64,000 nt of DNA from contig NC_082730.1 of assembly GCF_030144855.1 (NCBI RefSeq), positions 13,392,001 to 13,456,000 on the forward strand. The letters are read 5' to 3'. Below are positions 13,331-25,519 of the stretch, piece by piece. A program made the position numbers and the translations under genes. The notes under the pieces are model-generated. The model was given only the letters and a program-made list of their open reading frames with translations, made no database searches and was not told the origin of the DNA. Positions within the stretch are counted from its first letter, which is position 1, and each line of letters begins with the position of its first letter. Source of the stretch: Hypanus sabinus (lineage: Eukaryota).

Positions 13331-13599
13331 GACTTTGTAAAATCGGGGTGTGGCATGTTAATTTAATAATATTGTACCCTTGATGTGTTTGAGTATTCCA
13401 GTGCCATCCCTGACCACTGCTATGGCATCATCTGGTATTTTCTTAATTTGTTTTCAGTTGACTATATTGCAGGGATGTGGCATGCTAATGGTTAATGAAA
13501 CTCCAATCAAGTTTTGTTTGTCTCAGCCAATCAGGGCCCACAATGCTCTGACAACTTCTTCTATTCAGCCAATAAGCTGAAGTGAAGTCCCTTTCACAA

Positions 13600-14900
13600 A
13601 CAAGAGAGAATCTTCAGAAGCTGGAAATCCAGGCAACAGAAACAAAATGCTGAGGGAATTCAATAGGCCAGGCAACATCAACGGAAACATGTACAGTCGA
13701 CGTTTTGAGCCGAAACCCTTCGGCAGTTCAGGACTCCACTTCAGCAGGTGGGTAGTCATCTTGGGTTCATTTTAAAACTTCCTTGTCACTACTGCTATGT
13801 TTTATAACTGCAGGAAATAATCAAAGTGAAACATATAAGCTGGAGATATGAGTCTACTAGTTCCCACTCTGTCTCCTGGAAAAGTACAATTCCCTTTACT
13901 CAGTTCCTTCGTCACCACTGCATCTGTTCCCTGGATGCTGCTTTCCTTTCCAAGACATCAGAGATGTTCCCCTTCTTCAAAGAAAGGTGGTTCCCTTCCT
14001 CCACCATTGACACTGCCCTGACCGGCATCTTCTCTGTTTCCCAGACATCCACGCCCATCCCATCTTCCAGCTGTCTTTAACAGTATTAGAGTTCCTCTTG
14101 TCCATTGCCCATGGAACACATTATTCTCTCCGACTCTGTCATCTCTGAAGGGATCCTACTACTAAACCTAATGTTACCTACCTGGCACTTTCTGCATTCT
14201 CCAGGAATCACTCCTTCAATGATTCCCTTGTCCACTCTCCCTCCCAGCTCTTATCCTTGCAAGTTGTCAAAGGCTACACCTGCCCATTTGGCTCCATTCA
14301 GGGCCCCAAGGTGACCTTGCAGGTGAGGCAACGTTTCACCTGTGAATCTGTTGGGATGTCCATTGTACCTGGTGCTCCCGTTGTGGCTCCCCTCTACATT
14401 GGGTAGACCTGTTGTAAACTAGGGCATGATTTGTCGAGCAGCTCTGCTCCATCTGCCAAAGAGGGAACTGCTGCTCCTGGTGGCCGAGTCTTAAATTCCG
14501 ATTCGAATTCCTGTTCCGCATGATGAGTCCACACTCGGGGAGGAGGAGCAACACGCGATATTCTGTTTGGGTAGCCTCCAACTTGATGGCATGAATATCG
14601 ATTTCTCCTTCAAGTGAAAAATCCTTTACCCTTCCCTCTTCTATTCCCTACTCTGACCTTTTATCTCTTGTCACCTGCTGATCACCCCCCTCAGGTGCCC
14701 TTCCTCCTTCTCTATCTCCTATGGTCCTCTCCAATCAGATTCCTTTCTCTCCAGCCCTTTACCTTTCCCACCCACCTCACTTCACTGATCGCTTCTAGAG
14801 ATCCTCCCTCTCCACACACCTTTTTATTCTATCATTTCCCCCTTGCTTTCCAGTCTTGACCTGAAACATTGACTATTTGCTCATTTCCATAGATACTGTC
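13600..14900 (+). mobile_element. Penelope-like element remnant (duplicate at about 54945-56245)
   Basis: IPFTQFLR...CS...F...GF/WFPSS RT C-terminal motif, a degraded GIY-YIG region near 14330-14420, and terminal segments with decayed hammerhead-like cores. Confidence 0.7.
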
Positions 14901-15099
14901 TGACCTGCTAACTAGTGCAAAAAGAGTGGATGAAAATAGTGAGGTAGTGATCATGGATTGATTGTACCCTTAGATATCTGATAGCTGAGGGGAAGAAGCT
15001 GTTCCTGCAATGTTGAGTGTGAGTCTACAGGCTTCTGTATCGTCACCTTGATGGTAGCAGTGAAAAGAGTGCATGTCCTGTGTGATGGGTCTTTATTGA

Positions 15100-16470
15100 T
15101 AGATAAACATAGAAACATAGAAATATAGAAAACCTGCAGCACAATACAGGCCTTTTGGCCCACAATGCTGTGCTGAACATGTTACCTGAGAAATTACCTC
15201 GGGTTACTCATAGTCCTCTATTTTTTTGAGCACCATTTATCTGTCCAGGAGTCTCTTAAAAGACCCAATCAGCTGCTCATGGCAACAAATTCCACAGATT
15301 TACCACTCCCTGATTAAAGTAATTTCTGTGCACCTCAGTTCTAAATGGAGGCCCTTCAATCATGAAGTTGTGCCCTCTTGTCCTAGCATCCCCTATCATG
15401 GGAAATAACTTTGCCATATCTAATCTGTTCAGGCCTTTTAACGAGGGTGGTCTCACGAGTGCCTTATAGAAGTTCAGCATCACATCCTTGCTGTTCTATA
15501 CGTCGAGAAATTAATGCCAACATTGCATTCGCCTTCTTCACCACCAACTCAACCTACAGGTTATCTTTAGGGTGTCTTGCATTTTGAATTCTCTCCCTAT
15601 CTAAATAATAGTCTGTCTGTTTACTTCTTCCACCAAAGTGCATGACCATACACTTTACAACATTGTATTTCATTTTCCCCTTTTTGCCCATTCCCCTAAA
15701 GTATCTAAGTCACTCTGCAGGCTCTCTGTTTCCTCAACATTACTCGCTCCTCCACCTATCTTTGTATGATCGGCAAATTTAGCCACAAATCCATTAATAC
15801 CGTAGTCCAAATCATTCACATACATTGTAAAAAGCAGTGGTCCCAACGCCAACACCTGTGGAACCAGTGGTAATTGGCAGGCAGCCAGAGTAGGATCTCT
15901 TTAATCCCACTCTCTGTTTTCTGCTGACCAGCCAATACTCCACACGCACTAGTAACTCCCTTGTAATTCCATGGACACTATCTTGTTAAGCAGCCTCATG
16001 TGCGGCACCTTGTCAAAGGCATTCTGAAAGTTCAAGATTTCCCATGTTTACTGCATCTCCTTTGTCTAATCTGCTTGTAATTTCCACAAAGAATTGCAGT
16101 AGGGTTGTCAGGCAGGATTTTCCTTTCAGGAAACTGTGCTGTCTTTGGCCGACCTTGTCATGTGCCTCCAGGTACTCCGTAATCTCATCCCTAACAATCG
16201 ATTCCAACAACTTCCCAACCACTGATGTCAGCCTAACAGGTCTATAGTTTCCTTTCTGCTGCCTCCCACCCTTCTTAAATAGCGGAGCAACATTTGAAAA
16301 TTTCCAGTCATCTGCTACAATGCCAGAATCTATCACTTCTTGAAAGATCATTGTTAATTCATCTCCAATGACTTCAGCTACTTTCTTCAGAACCCGAGGG
16401 TGCCTTCCATCAGGTTGAGGAGATTTATCCACCCTCAGACCATTAGTTTTCTGAGCACCTTCTCAGTCGT
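15100..16470 (-). mobile_element. CR1 LINE, 5'-truncated (duplicate at about 56445-57815)
   Basis: RT motifs KSP.PDG.HPRVLK, NYRPV.LTSVVGKLLE, FADHTK. ACATAGA-type tail at about 15105-15130. Confidence 0.85.
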
Positions 16471-17240
16471 AATTTTCACTGCACAAACTTCACTTCCCTG
16501 ACACTCATGAATGTCCGGTATACTGCAGATATCTTCCACTGTGAAGACTGATGGAAAATATGCATTCAATTTCTCTGCCATCTCTGCATCTCTCATTACA
16601 ATATCTCCAGCAACATTTTTGACGTATTACTTTTTCAAGGTGCCCTCAGTGCTGGGGAGCGCCACGATGGAGATGGCTGAATTTACAACTTCCTGCAGCT
16701 TTTTTCTCATCCTGTATAATGATACCTTCATACAAGATGGTGATGCAAACAGACTCTTTGGTGACCTGACAAGTCTCCTGAAAGTCCTCATGATCTATTG
16801 CTGCTATCATCCCCTCCTTGTCATTGCATCAATATGTTGGGCCCAGGATAAAGCTTCAGAGATGTTGACTCACAGGAACTTGAACCTGTTCACTCTTTCC
16901 ACTGCTGATCCCTTGATGAGGACTGCTGTGTGTTTCTTTGAATTTTCCTTCCTGAAGACTACAATCAATTCCTTGGTCTTTCTAACATTGTGTGTAAGAT
17001 TGTTGTTTTGACAACACACAATCAGTTGATCTATCTCCCACTTCTACATCCCCTGATTACTGTCTGAAATTTCACCAACGATACGTGTGTCATTGACAAG
17101 TTTATAGATTGCATTTGATCTCTGCCCAGCCACACAGTCATGGGTGAAGAGAGAGTAGAGCAGTGGGTTAAGCACGTATTCTTGTGGTGTACCAGTGTTG
17201 ATTGTGAACAAAGAGGAGATGATACTTTCGATATTATAGT

Positions 17241-17750
17241 GTGCAGTTTTGGTCTCAGAATTACAGAAAGGATATTAATAAGGTTGAAAGAGTGCAGGGA
17301 AGGTTTACAAGGATGTTGCTGGGACTTGAGAAACTGAGTAACAGAGAGAGGTTGAATAGGTTAGGACTTTATTCCCTGGAGCGTAGAAGAATGAGGGGAG
17401 ATTGGATAGATGTATATAAAATTATGATGGGTATAGATAGAGTGAATGCAAGCAGGCTTTTTCTACTGAGGTTAGGGGGGAAAAAACAGGACATGGGTTA
17501 AGGGTGAAGGGGGAAAAGTTTAAGGGAAAATTAAGGGGCTTCTTCACACAGAGAGTGGTGGGAGCATGGAATGAACTGCCAGATGAGGTGATAAATGCGG
17601 ACTCACTTTTACATTTAAGAAAAACTTGTACAGGTACATGGATGAGAGTTGTATGGAGGTACATGGTCAGTGGGACTAGGCAGAAAAATGGTTTGGCACA
17701 GCCAAGAAGGGCCAAAAGGCCTGTTTCTGTGCTGTAATGTTCTATGGTCC
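17241..17750 (+). mobile_element. CR1 LINE 3' end (duplicate at about 58584-59095)
   Basis: YRKDINKVERVQGRFTRML and FFTQRVVGAWNELP motifs. Confidence 0.85.
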
Positions 17751-20169
17751 TGTGATATAAGCATAGAACAGGCCCTTTGGCCCATGACCTTCTAACCTAC
17801 GAAGATTAATCTAATCCTTCCCCCGATCTAGCCCTCCATTTTCCGAGCATCCATATTAAGAGTTTCTTAAAAGCCCCTAATGTATCTGCCTCTACAAGCA
17901 TCCCTGGCAGGCACTCCATGCACTCACCATTCTCTGTACGAAGAAGTTACCTGTGACATTCACTGAACACAAACAAAATGCTGGCGGAACTCAGCAGACG
18001 AGGCAGCATCTATGGAAAAAAGAGATCACCTTTTTGGGCTGAGATGCCAGTTCTGTTTCTAATTTGGAAGGACATCACAGTAGTACTTGGAGAGGACATT
18101 CCTGATGGATCATCCAGTGAGGCAGTGTGGATGGAATTCAGAAATATGAAGGAAGTGATCACTTTGAAGGGATGTTATCACAGCCTCAATAGTCAGCGGG
18201 AATCACAGGAGCAAATATGTTGGCGATCACAGATAGCTGTAAGAGCACAAACAATTTTAACTTTCCTGATATTGACTGGGACTGCCACGCTGCTAAGGAC
18301 TAGCATGGGGCAGAATTTTCTAGGAAATCAGTAGCACAAGAGATGCTTTTACTGGAATACACACCAAATGATGGAAGAACCGTGCAGGTCAGGCAGCATC
18401 AAGGAAATTAATAAGTAGTCAATGTTTCAGTCAGAAACTCTTCATCAGGTCTTGGCTGAAATGTTGACTATTTCTTCATTTTCATAGAGGCTGCCTGAAC
18501 CGCTGAGCTCCCCCAGCATTTTGTGTGCATAGTCAAGGAATGTTTTCTCAAGAAATACGTAGATGGCCCCACTGGAGGGGGGGCAACACTTGACCAACAC
18601 CAATGCCCTTGAACAGAAAATCCTACAAAAGGTAGTGGATATGGCCTAGTCCTCCATGAGTAAAACCTTCCCAACCATTGTGCTTATCTACATAAACCCG
18701 ATCGCAGCAAAGCAGCATTTATCATCAGGGACCCCTACCATCTCAGACATGCACTCTTCTTGCTGCTGCTGTTGGGAAGAAGGGGCAAGTGCCTTAGGAA
18801 TCACACCACCTGGTTCAGGAACAGTAACTATCCCTCAACCATCAATCAAATTGGATAACTTCACTCAACTTCAATCGCCCCATCATTGAAATGTTCACCA
18901 ACCATTTGACTCACTTTCAAGAACACTTCATCTTACGTTCTTGATATTTATTTCTTTTGTTTCATCTTTCTGTTTTTGCACAATTTATTGTCTTCTGCGG
19001 TCTGTTTGAACTCCCTGGTAGGGCGGTCTTTCATTGACTGTGATATCTATATTATTCTAGAGTTTTGTTGAGTATGCTCACAAGGAAATTAATCTCAGTG
19101 TTGTATCTGGTGACATAAATGTACTTTGATAATAAAATTTAATTTGAACATTGAAATAAGGTGGGAGAGGTTACTGAATTGCAGTAGGGGGAGCATTTGG
19201 GACCAGTGACCATAATTCTATGTGCATTAAAATAGTTATAGAAAAATATAGGTCTGCACTATAGTTGAAGTCCTAATTTGGTCAATGTTAATTTCACCTT
19301 TCACCCTTAATCATGACCTCTAGTTCTTGTCTCACCAACGTCAGTGGAAAGAGCCTGCTTGTTTTTACACTTATCATTTTGTATACCTGTATCAAATCTC
19401 CCCTTTGTCTCAAATGGTTCAGGGAATAATGTCTAACCAGTTCAACATTTCCTAATAACTCTGGTTGTTAAGTCCCAGCAACATCCCGGTCAATTTTCTC
19501 TGCTCTCTTGCAATCTTATTAAAGGTCCAAAGTTCATTTATTATCAACGTATGTATGCAGTACACAACCCTGAAATCCCTCCTCCCCACAGACTGTCACG
19601 GAACAAATCTACAGAACCAACCCTTTGAAAAAAAAATTAAAATCCCCTCCTTCATACGCATAACTAAAAGTCACACTAACACCAATAAAGAAACCGAGCA
19701 AGAGCACGGAATATAAAAACAGAAATTCACGAGGCATATTTCAGTACAGTTTAGCTCAGTTTTCCATTATCTGCAGCCCACCCTGATTCAAAAATGTCCC
19801 AAAAGCAGAAACAAAAAACCACGACCAGAACTAGAAGATATCATAAACCTGAGAATTCAAACCTACAGTTTCTCCTGTATTGATATATTTCCTAGAGTTA
19901 GATGACCAGACCATCTCCGAACTTTATTGTTCTTTCTCCGGTGGCCATATCTTCATCAGTCCAGGCTCTGAGTTCTGGATTCAAACCCAAAGTCTCTCAG
20001 TCCCTGTTGACGATGCTCATTTAATCCCAGCTTGTTGACTGAGCACTGGGTCAAGTGTACTTGTAACAGGTCATGTGATTCAGTGGCAAATTCTGACGAC
20101 ACTGCTATGAAGCACCTCGGGACTTGTCTACCATATTCCAGGTGCCACGGAAATGCAAGTTGTTGTTGC

Positions 20170-20175
20170 TTTATT
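20170..20175 (-). terminator. Candidate polyadenylation signal of gene B
   Basis: AATAAA on the minus strand about 175 nt after the predicted stop. A copy lies at 61514-61519. Another AATAAA at 19923-19928 is an alternative. Confidence 0.4.
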
Positions 20176-20349
20176 ACAAAGGATTGGACGATAACGTTTA
20201 CAATGTTCGGTCACCTGTGTTGATTCTGGATTATTTTGACCATTGTTGTGTGTGTAGAGCTTTCCACGGGCTTTCATTTGGTAAAAAGCAAAACATTTCA
20301 CATCACTGAGAGCAACTTGTGAGTTCAGGTCAAAATACTTTAGGTGCCT

Positions 20350-20431
20350 TCAGTGAAGCTCAGGTCTGGAAACCGTGCTGATTTGTATTTGTCGTAGGTT
20401 CTGCTTTTCATGGACTTTCTCATCTGCTTGT
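20350..20431 (-). CDS. Gene B probable terminal exon: short cytoplasmic tail
   Basis: Strong acceptor CTTAATCACTGACTTTCTGCCTTTCTAG|. The phase-2 reading after the TM exon is (R)QADEKVHEKQNLRQIQISTVSRPELH*, with no ITIM or ITAM. The phase-1 frame is also open (see findings). Confidence 0.55.
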
Positions 20432-21764
20432 CTAGAAAGGCAGAAAGTCAGTGATTAAGAGGTGCGATTTTGCAATGTGGTTGATGATATTTCTGATCAA
20501 GAAACACTGTTGCTGGTCTCCAGGTGGAGTGCCATCAATGGATGGATTTATGTGGTGGTGGATGTGGATGCTGTGTTGGTAGGCTGGTGTGCGAGTCTGT
20601 CACACTGTGGGGCTGCCTTGGGGCTGTGGTGTGTGGAGTGTGGATGTTGGATGATGTACAGGCTGGTGGGGCCCAAAGGGAGAAGACTGTGAGCTGTTTG
20701 CTGCAGGATTTGTGAATGAAGTGGCACAAAGCTATTTGGGGAGTGGGAGCTGTCTAGTAACATGTCAGAAGGGTACAGTAAAATTAGATTGGAGATAAAC
20801 GGAGGTGTGGTGTCAGGGTATGCATGTGATGAGATTTGTATGTCTCGAAACGGTGACTACCCTCTCTAGCTCTGAAAAGCAAAACATGAGTGTGCAGTGC
20901 CAATTGATCGGAATGATTAAGTTTGAGAATCTGGCTCAAGGACTGAAGGCCCAGAGGTGATCTGGCCTGATTGTCTATGTGTGTGAGGTGGGGTGGTGAG
21001 TTAGTGTATGGAAGGGATGGGAAAGGGATTAGTTTTGCTGTTGTTGTCTTGTTTTATGTTGTTATTCCAGTTGTTGCTTATGTTTTTCTGCAGAGAAATA
21101 TGTAATGCTGTTTAGTCACCAGAATATGCTGACACTTGTGAGCATCCTTGTGTGTTGCTGGCTTTTAATGGAAATGATGCATTTCACTGTAGGTTACAAC
21201 GTACACGTGAATCTGAATTCAATTATAGTTATTAGCCTTAATTTCAATATCATTCTTCTAATATGTGTCTATATACATTTTGTTCAGTTATATATCCATT
21301 TGTGTGTCCCCACTGTTGTTTCAATCCAAGGATAATGGTTAGTAGACACAATCACAAGAGTTGCATGCCAATATATTTATTTTGTCAGAAGGTCAAAGAG
21401 ATTCAGCATTCCAAGGAGTTCTCTAACAAGCTTCTAAATATGTACTTTTGAAAGTATCTTGACATGTTACATCGTGGTCTGGTAATTCAGATGTACAGAA
21501 AAATACGTAGTTGAAGAGGGTACTGGACTCTGTCTATTACATGATGGGAACATCCTTCCCCACCACTGGGCTTATCAACAGGAGGCAGAGCCCTGTGAAG
21601 CATCAACCATCATGCAAGATCCATCATTTGGACTGTGCATTTGTCACCACTACCATCATACAGGAGGTACAGAAGCCTGAAGTCTGAACCCTAACCGTTA
21701 TCTCAGTATTTATTTATTTAAAGATACAATGGAACAGGCTCCTCTGGCCCAATGAGTCGTGCTT

Positions 21765-21985
21765 TAACCCCAGGCTTATCACAGGGCAACTTACAATGAC
21801 TAATTAACCTGTAAACTGGTATGTCTTTGGACTGTGGGAGGAAATCACAGCAGCTAAGGAAACCCACATGCACATGTGAAGAACCTACAAATTTCCTTAA
21901 TGAGGATACTGGAATTGAATTCTGAACTCTGCCACCCCGAGCTGTACGGCATCACGCTAACTACTACAATAACGTGGCACCCTGT
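21765..21985 (-). mobile_element. Degenerate V-SINE (duplicate at about 63165-63385)
   Basis: GTGGGTTTCC...TTTCCTCCCACAGTCCAAAGAC central V-domain-like sequence. Confidence 0.6.
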
Positions 21986-22645
21986 GATCAGAATCAGAAT
22001 CAAGGTTAACATCACTGCACTTATCATAAAATTTGATGTTTTTGCAGCAGCAGTACATTGTAATACATAATAATAAAAAACTGGATTACAGTAAGTAAAT
22101 ATATGTAAAATAGTGACACTAAGTAGTGCAAAAAAAAAGTAGTAAGGTGTGTTTCTGGGTTCAATTTCGATTCAGAAATCAGATGGCAGAGGGGAAGGAT
22201 TGTTCCTGTATTGGTGAGTGTGTGCCTTCAGGATCCTGTAGAAGAGATCATGCATTGGGTGATGGGGGCCCTTAATGATGCGTGCCACCATTTTGAGGCA
22301 TTGCCGTATGGCAACTATATGATCACTTTGAAGTCTTTGCAATACAATCAATCTTTTGTCTAATTGTGTAATTTCTTTTATAATTTTATGTAATTCATGT
22401 TTTTCTTGACAATGTTGTGCACCTGATACTCTGGGTCTGAGTTGCTACCACATGTCAGTTCTTCATTGAACTTGTGCACGCACGTGTCTATGCAAATGAC
22501 AATAACTCAACTTTGAGTTAATGTGCAGGTTATAATCTCTTCTGTGTGAAGCCGTGATCTCAGGGAATTTACAGCAACTCTTCAGCATCTGCCTTTCATT
22601 GCATTTAATTTGAACACCGAAGTGAAGAGATCGGAAACAAATTAC

Positions 22646-22753
22646 CTTGGAAAAGCTGTCATGCAACTTGTAGAAATGGTGGAAAGAACCAGAACTCCAA
22701 AGAGTATCCAACGGGTCAGAGCCCAAACGTAGTGAATTTTCCGCTCAGTGTTC
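22646..22753 (-). CDS. Gene B exon 5: transmembrane exon with an intramembrane Arg
   Basis: 108-nt phase 2-2 exon with acceptor TTTTCTTGGTCCATCAG| and donor AAG|GTAATT. Encodes (R)NTERKIHYVWALTRWILFGVLVLSTISTSCMTAFP(R). Confidence 0.85.
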
Positions 22754-24964
22754 CTGATGGACCAAGAAAATATAATTATTGCTCACAGAGTAATCAATGA
22801 GTGAAACAGTGTAGGGAACAGTTGAAAATGTTAGAGTTTATTCACTGCTGCATTGAGAAATGAAGCGAGGCCTGAAAGAGGTATATAAAATTCTGAGGGG
22901 TTTAGACAGGGTAAATGCTGCAAACTATTTTCCACAGAAGTTGGGTGAGATTAGAACTTGACGTCATGGGTCATGTGTGGACAGTGAAATGCTTAAGGGG
23001 TATACGAGGGTGAACTTCTTCAATCAGAGATTGGTGAGGGTGTAGAATTTGCAGTCAGCTGAAGTGGAGGATATAGAATTGTTCTAGTTGATGGAGTCAG
23101 ACGGATGAATTGGAGGGTTGTTTTTCAGGACTGAGCCCTGTACCACAGGAACTGGTGCTCTGTACCCACTTGTTTGTCATCCACATTAACCATTTGGATG
23201 AGTGAGCAGTTGGCAGGACTGATATGGTTTCTGGGCAGATGACTCTAAAATTGGTGTTTCGTGGACAACAAAGAAGTTTTCTTTGATTATGACAGGATCT
23301 TTATCGATTTGGAGAGGGGGGCAAAGGGTAGCAGATAAAATTTAGTTAGGATTAGTGTGAAGTGTTACATTTTGGGAAGGTAAACCAAGGCAGGACTTAC
23401 ACACTAAATGGTAGGTCCCTGGAGAATGTTGTGAAAAAGGGATTCCTGATGGAAATGAATCAGTCCGTCAGCAGGGTGGGTGCGATCCTTCATGATATTG
23501 CTCACCTTTCCTAACGCTTTTCAGGTATGTACAGTATAAACTAAAAGGTACCGGTAAAAGGCCAGGAGTATTATGAAAAGTCACAGCCATCCTGCACATC
23601 TCTTTGTCTCACTCCCATTAGGGAAGAGACGATACAATATCCACACCAGGATCACTGGACTCAAAACCAGTTACTTCTCCCAAAACAACAGACTGATCAA
23701 CACCTTCATGTTCCTTCCCAATCCCACCAATCCTCATTCCCTCTCCCTTTGATCACCTTTCCCTTTTCCTTCTGCCCATCACTCAATCACACACTTTACC
23801 ACCTGTATTTCTTTTCCTTTGGCCTTACCCTTTCTATTCCTTTCCTCCCTATCTGGTTCTATCTGGCTATCATACTTTCATCAAGTTCTACTTACCACCC
23901 TCCAGCCTCTGAATTCATCTTCACCTTTCCCCGCCCCCGCCACTTGACTCCACCTGACTTTTTTGTTGGTCCTTATCTCTCCTTACTGATCACCCAGCAG
24001 CCTCTTGTGTCTGAACTCTCCTCACCCCCACCCTTACCTGCCCATTGACCTGACATCACCTGGTTCCACCTATCACCTACCAGCCCCTTTTATCCCTCTC
24101 ACCTATTTATACTGATGGTCTGCTCTTTACCCTCTCACCCCTAATGCAGGTGTTTGTCTACTTGACATATTGAGTTCCTCCAGGGGTTTGATATTTTTTC
24201 ATTCAGATTCCAGCATCTGCAGTCTCTTGTGCTCCCCTCTCACTATTTATGTTGATCACCCCCACAAAAAATCTTACATATTTTAATAAGATCACCTTGC
24301 ATCCTTCTGAAACTAGACTGGCACACTCATTAGAGTATGCACCAAAATCTAGTGTTGCAAATGCTGAACTTTTAGCTTTGTTGGACAATCCCTCCAGGAA
24401 CATCCTAGAGATCCTTCTCTGAACTGCCTTCATGAAATCATTTCTGAAATAGGAAGACCGAAATTATTTACGATACTCTAAATGAGGTCTGACTAGCAAC
24501 CAGCAGACTTCCCAGCCATGATACTCCAACCCTGGTGAAGTAAGGGCTACAGTCCATTGGCCATGGTCCACAAGTCCCTCCCCTCTGATCTCCCACCTGG
24601 TACTTATCCCGCAAGTGTAAGCGCTACATCAATGGATACTGCCCAACCTGCTGAGCTCCTCCAGCTTGTTTATACATGTTGATTTGACCACAGCATCTGC
24701 AGTGCATTTTGTGTTTTGCAGTCCATTAGCCTTCCCTACCTGATTCACTATGTGCTGGCTTTCTGTGCACAAGGATTCCCAAACATTTTAACACTGCAAC
24801 TTTCTGCAGTTGCTTCTCTACCTAAATAATTTTAATGTTCTTTTGCTCATCCTTTCAAAGTAAACAACTTCACAGCCTTGACCACTCGTTTAACCTTTCA
24901 GAATCTCTACGAATTATTACCCACCTCACAACTTGCTTTCCTGCCTATCTTTCCATTGAGTCAT

Positions 24965-25500
24965 AGTGTAGTAGAAAAGCACAGACAGAAACAGGTCCTT
25001 CAGCCCATCCAGTCCATGCCAAACCATTTAAACTGACTAATCCCATTGGCCAGCATCCGGGTCATAGCCCTCCATACCCCTCCCATCCACATCGCTATCT
25101 AAACTTCTCTTAAACATTGAAATTGAACTTGCGCGCATCTCATGCACTAATAGTTCATTCCACACTCGCACAACAGTCTGAGTGAAGATGTTTCCTCTCA
25201 TGTTCCCCGTATACTTTTCACATTTCACCCTTAACCCATAACATCTAGTTGCAGTTGCACCAACTTCAATGGAAAAAACCTGCTTGCATTTATCCTATCT
25301 CTACCCCACATAATTTTGTATATTTCTATTAATTCTCCTCTCAATCTTCTACTCTCCAGGAAATAAAGTCCTATCCTATTCAATCTTTCCACATAACTCA
25401 GGTCCTCCAGTCCTGGCAACAGCCTTGAATTATTTTCCTGTACTCTTTCCACCTTATTGACACCTTTTCTGTAGGGAGGTGACCAAAACATTGCCTGTAG
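24965..25500 (-). mobile_element. CR1 LINE 3' end
   Basis: FWSPPYRK...VERVQ and GNIFTQTVVRVWNEL motifs. Confidence 0.8.
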
Positions 25501-25519
25501 GGGTAGATACTGTACTGTA

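Larger units (their letters stand above)
1..22586 (+). repeat. Segmental tandem duplication, copy 1
   Basis: Collinear with 37099-64000. The offset is about 37.1 kb before the Gypsy insertion and 41344 after it. ORF-track entries occur in pairs. Confidence 0.95.

Noticed and set aside
16511-17011. 166-aa hydrophobic ORF (and its copy at 57854-58354)
   Set aside because: It runs antisense across CR1 and Rex1-like fragments and has no fit to the receptor gene model.
13695-18460. Hammerhead-ribozyme-like cores in Penelope-derived ends (about 13700-13735, 14850-14875, 18420-18460; also 30170-30210)
   Set aside because: Compared with the CUGAUGA-stem II-GAAACGUC pattern, every copy has mutations in the core or the cleavage triplet. 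They are unlikely to be active.
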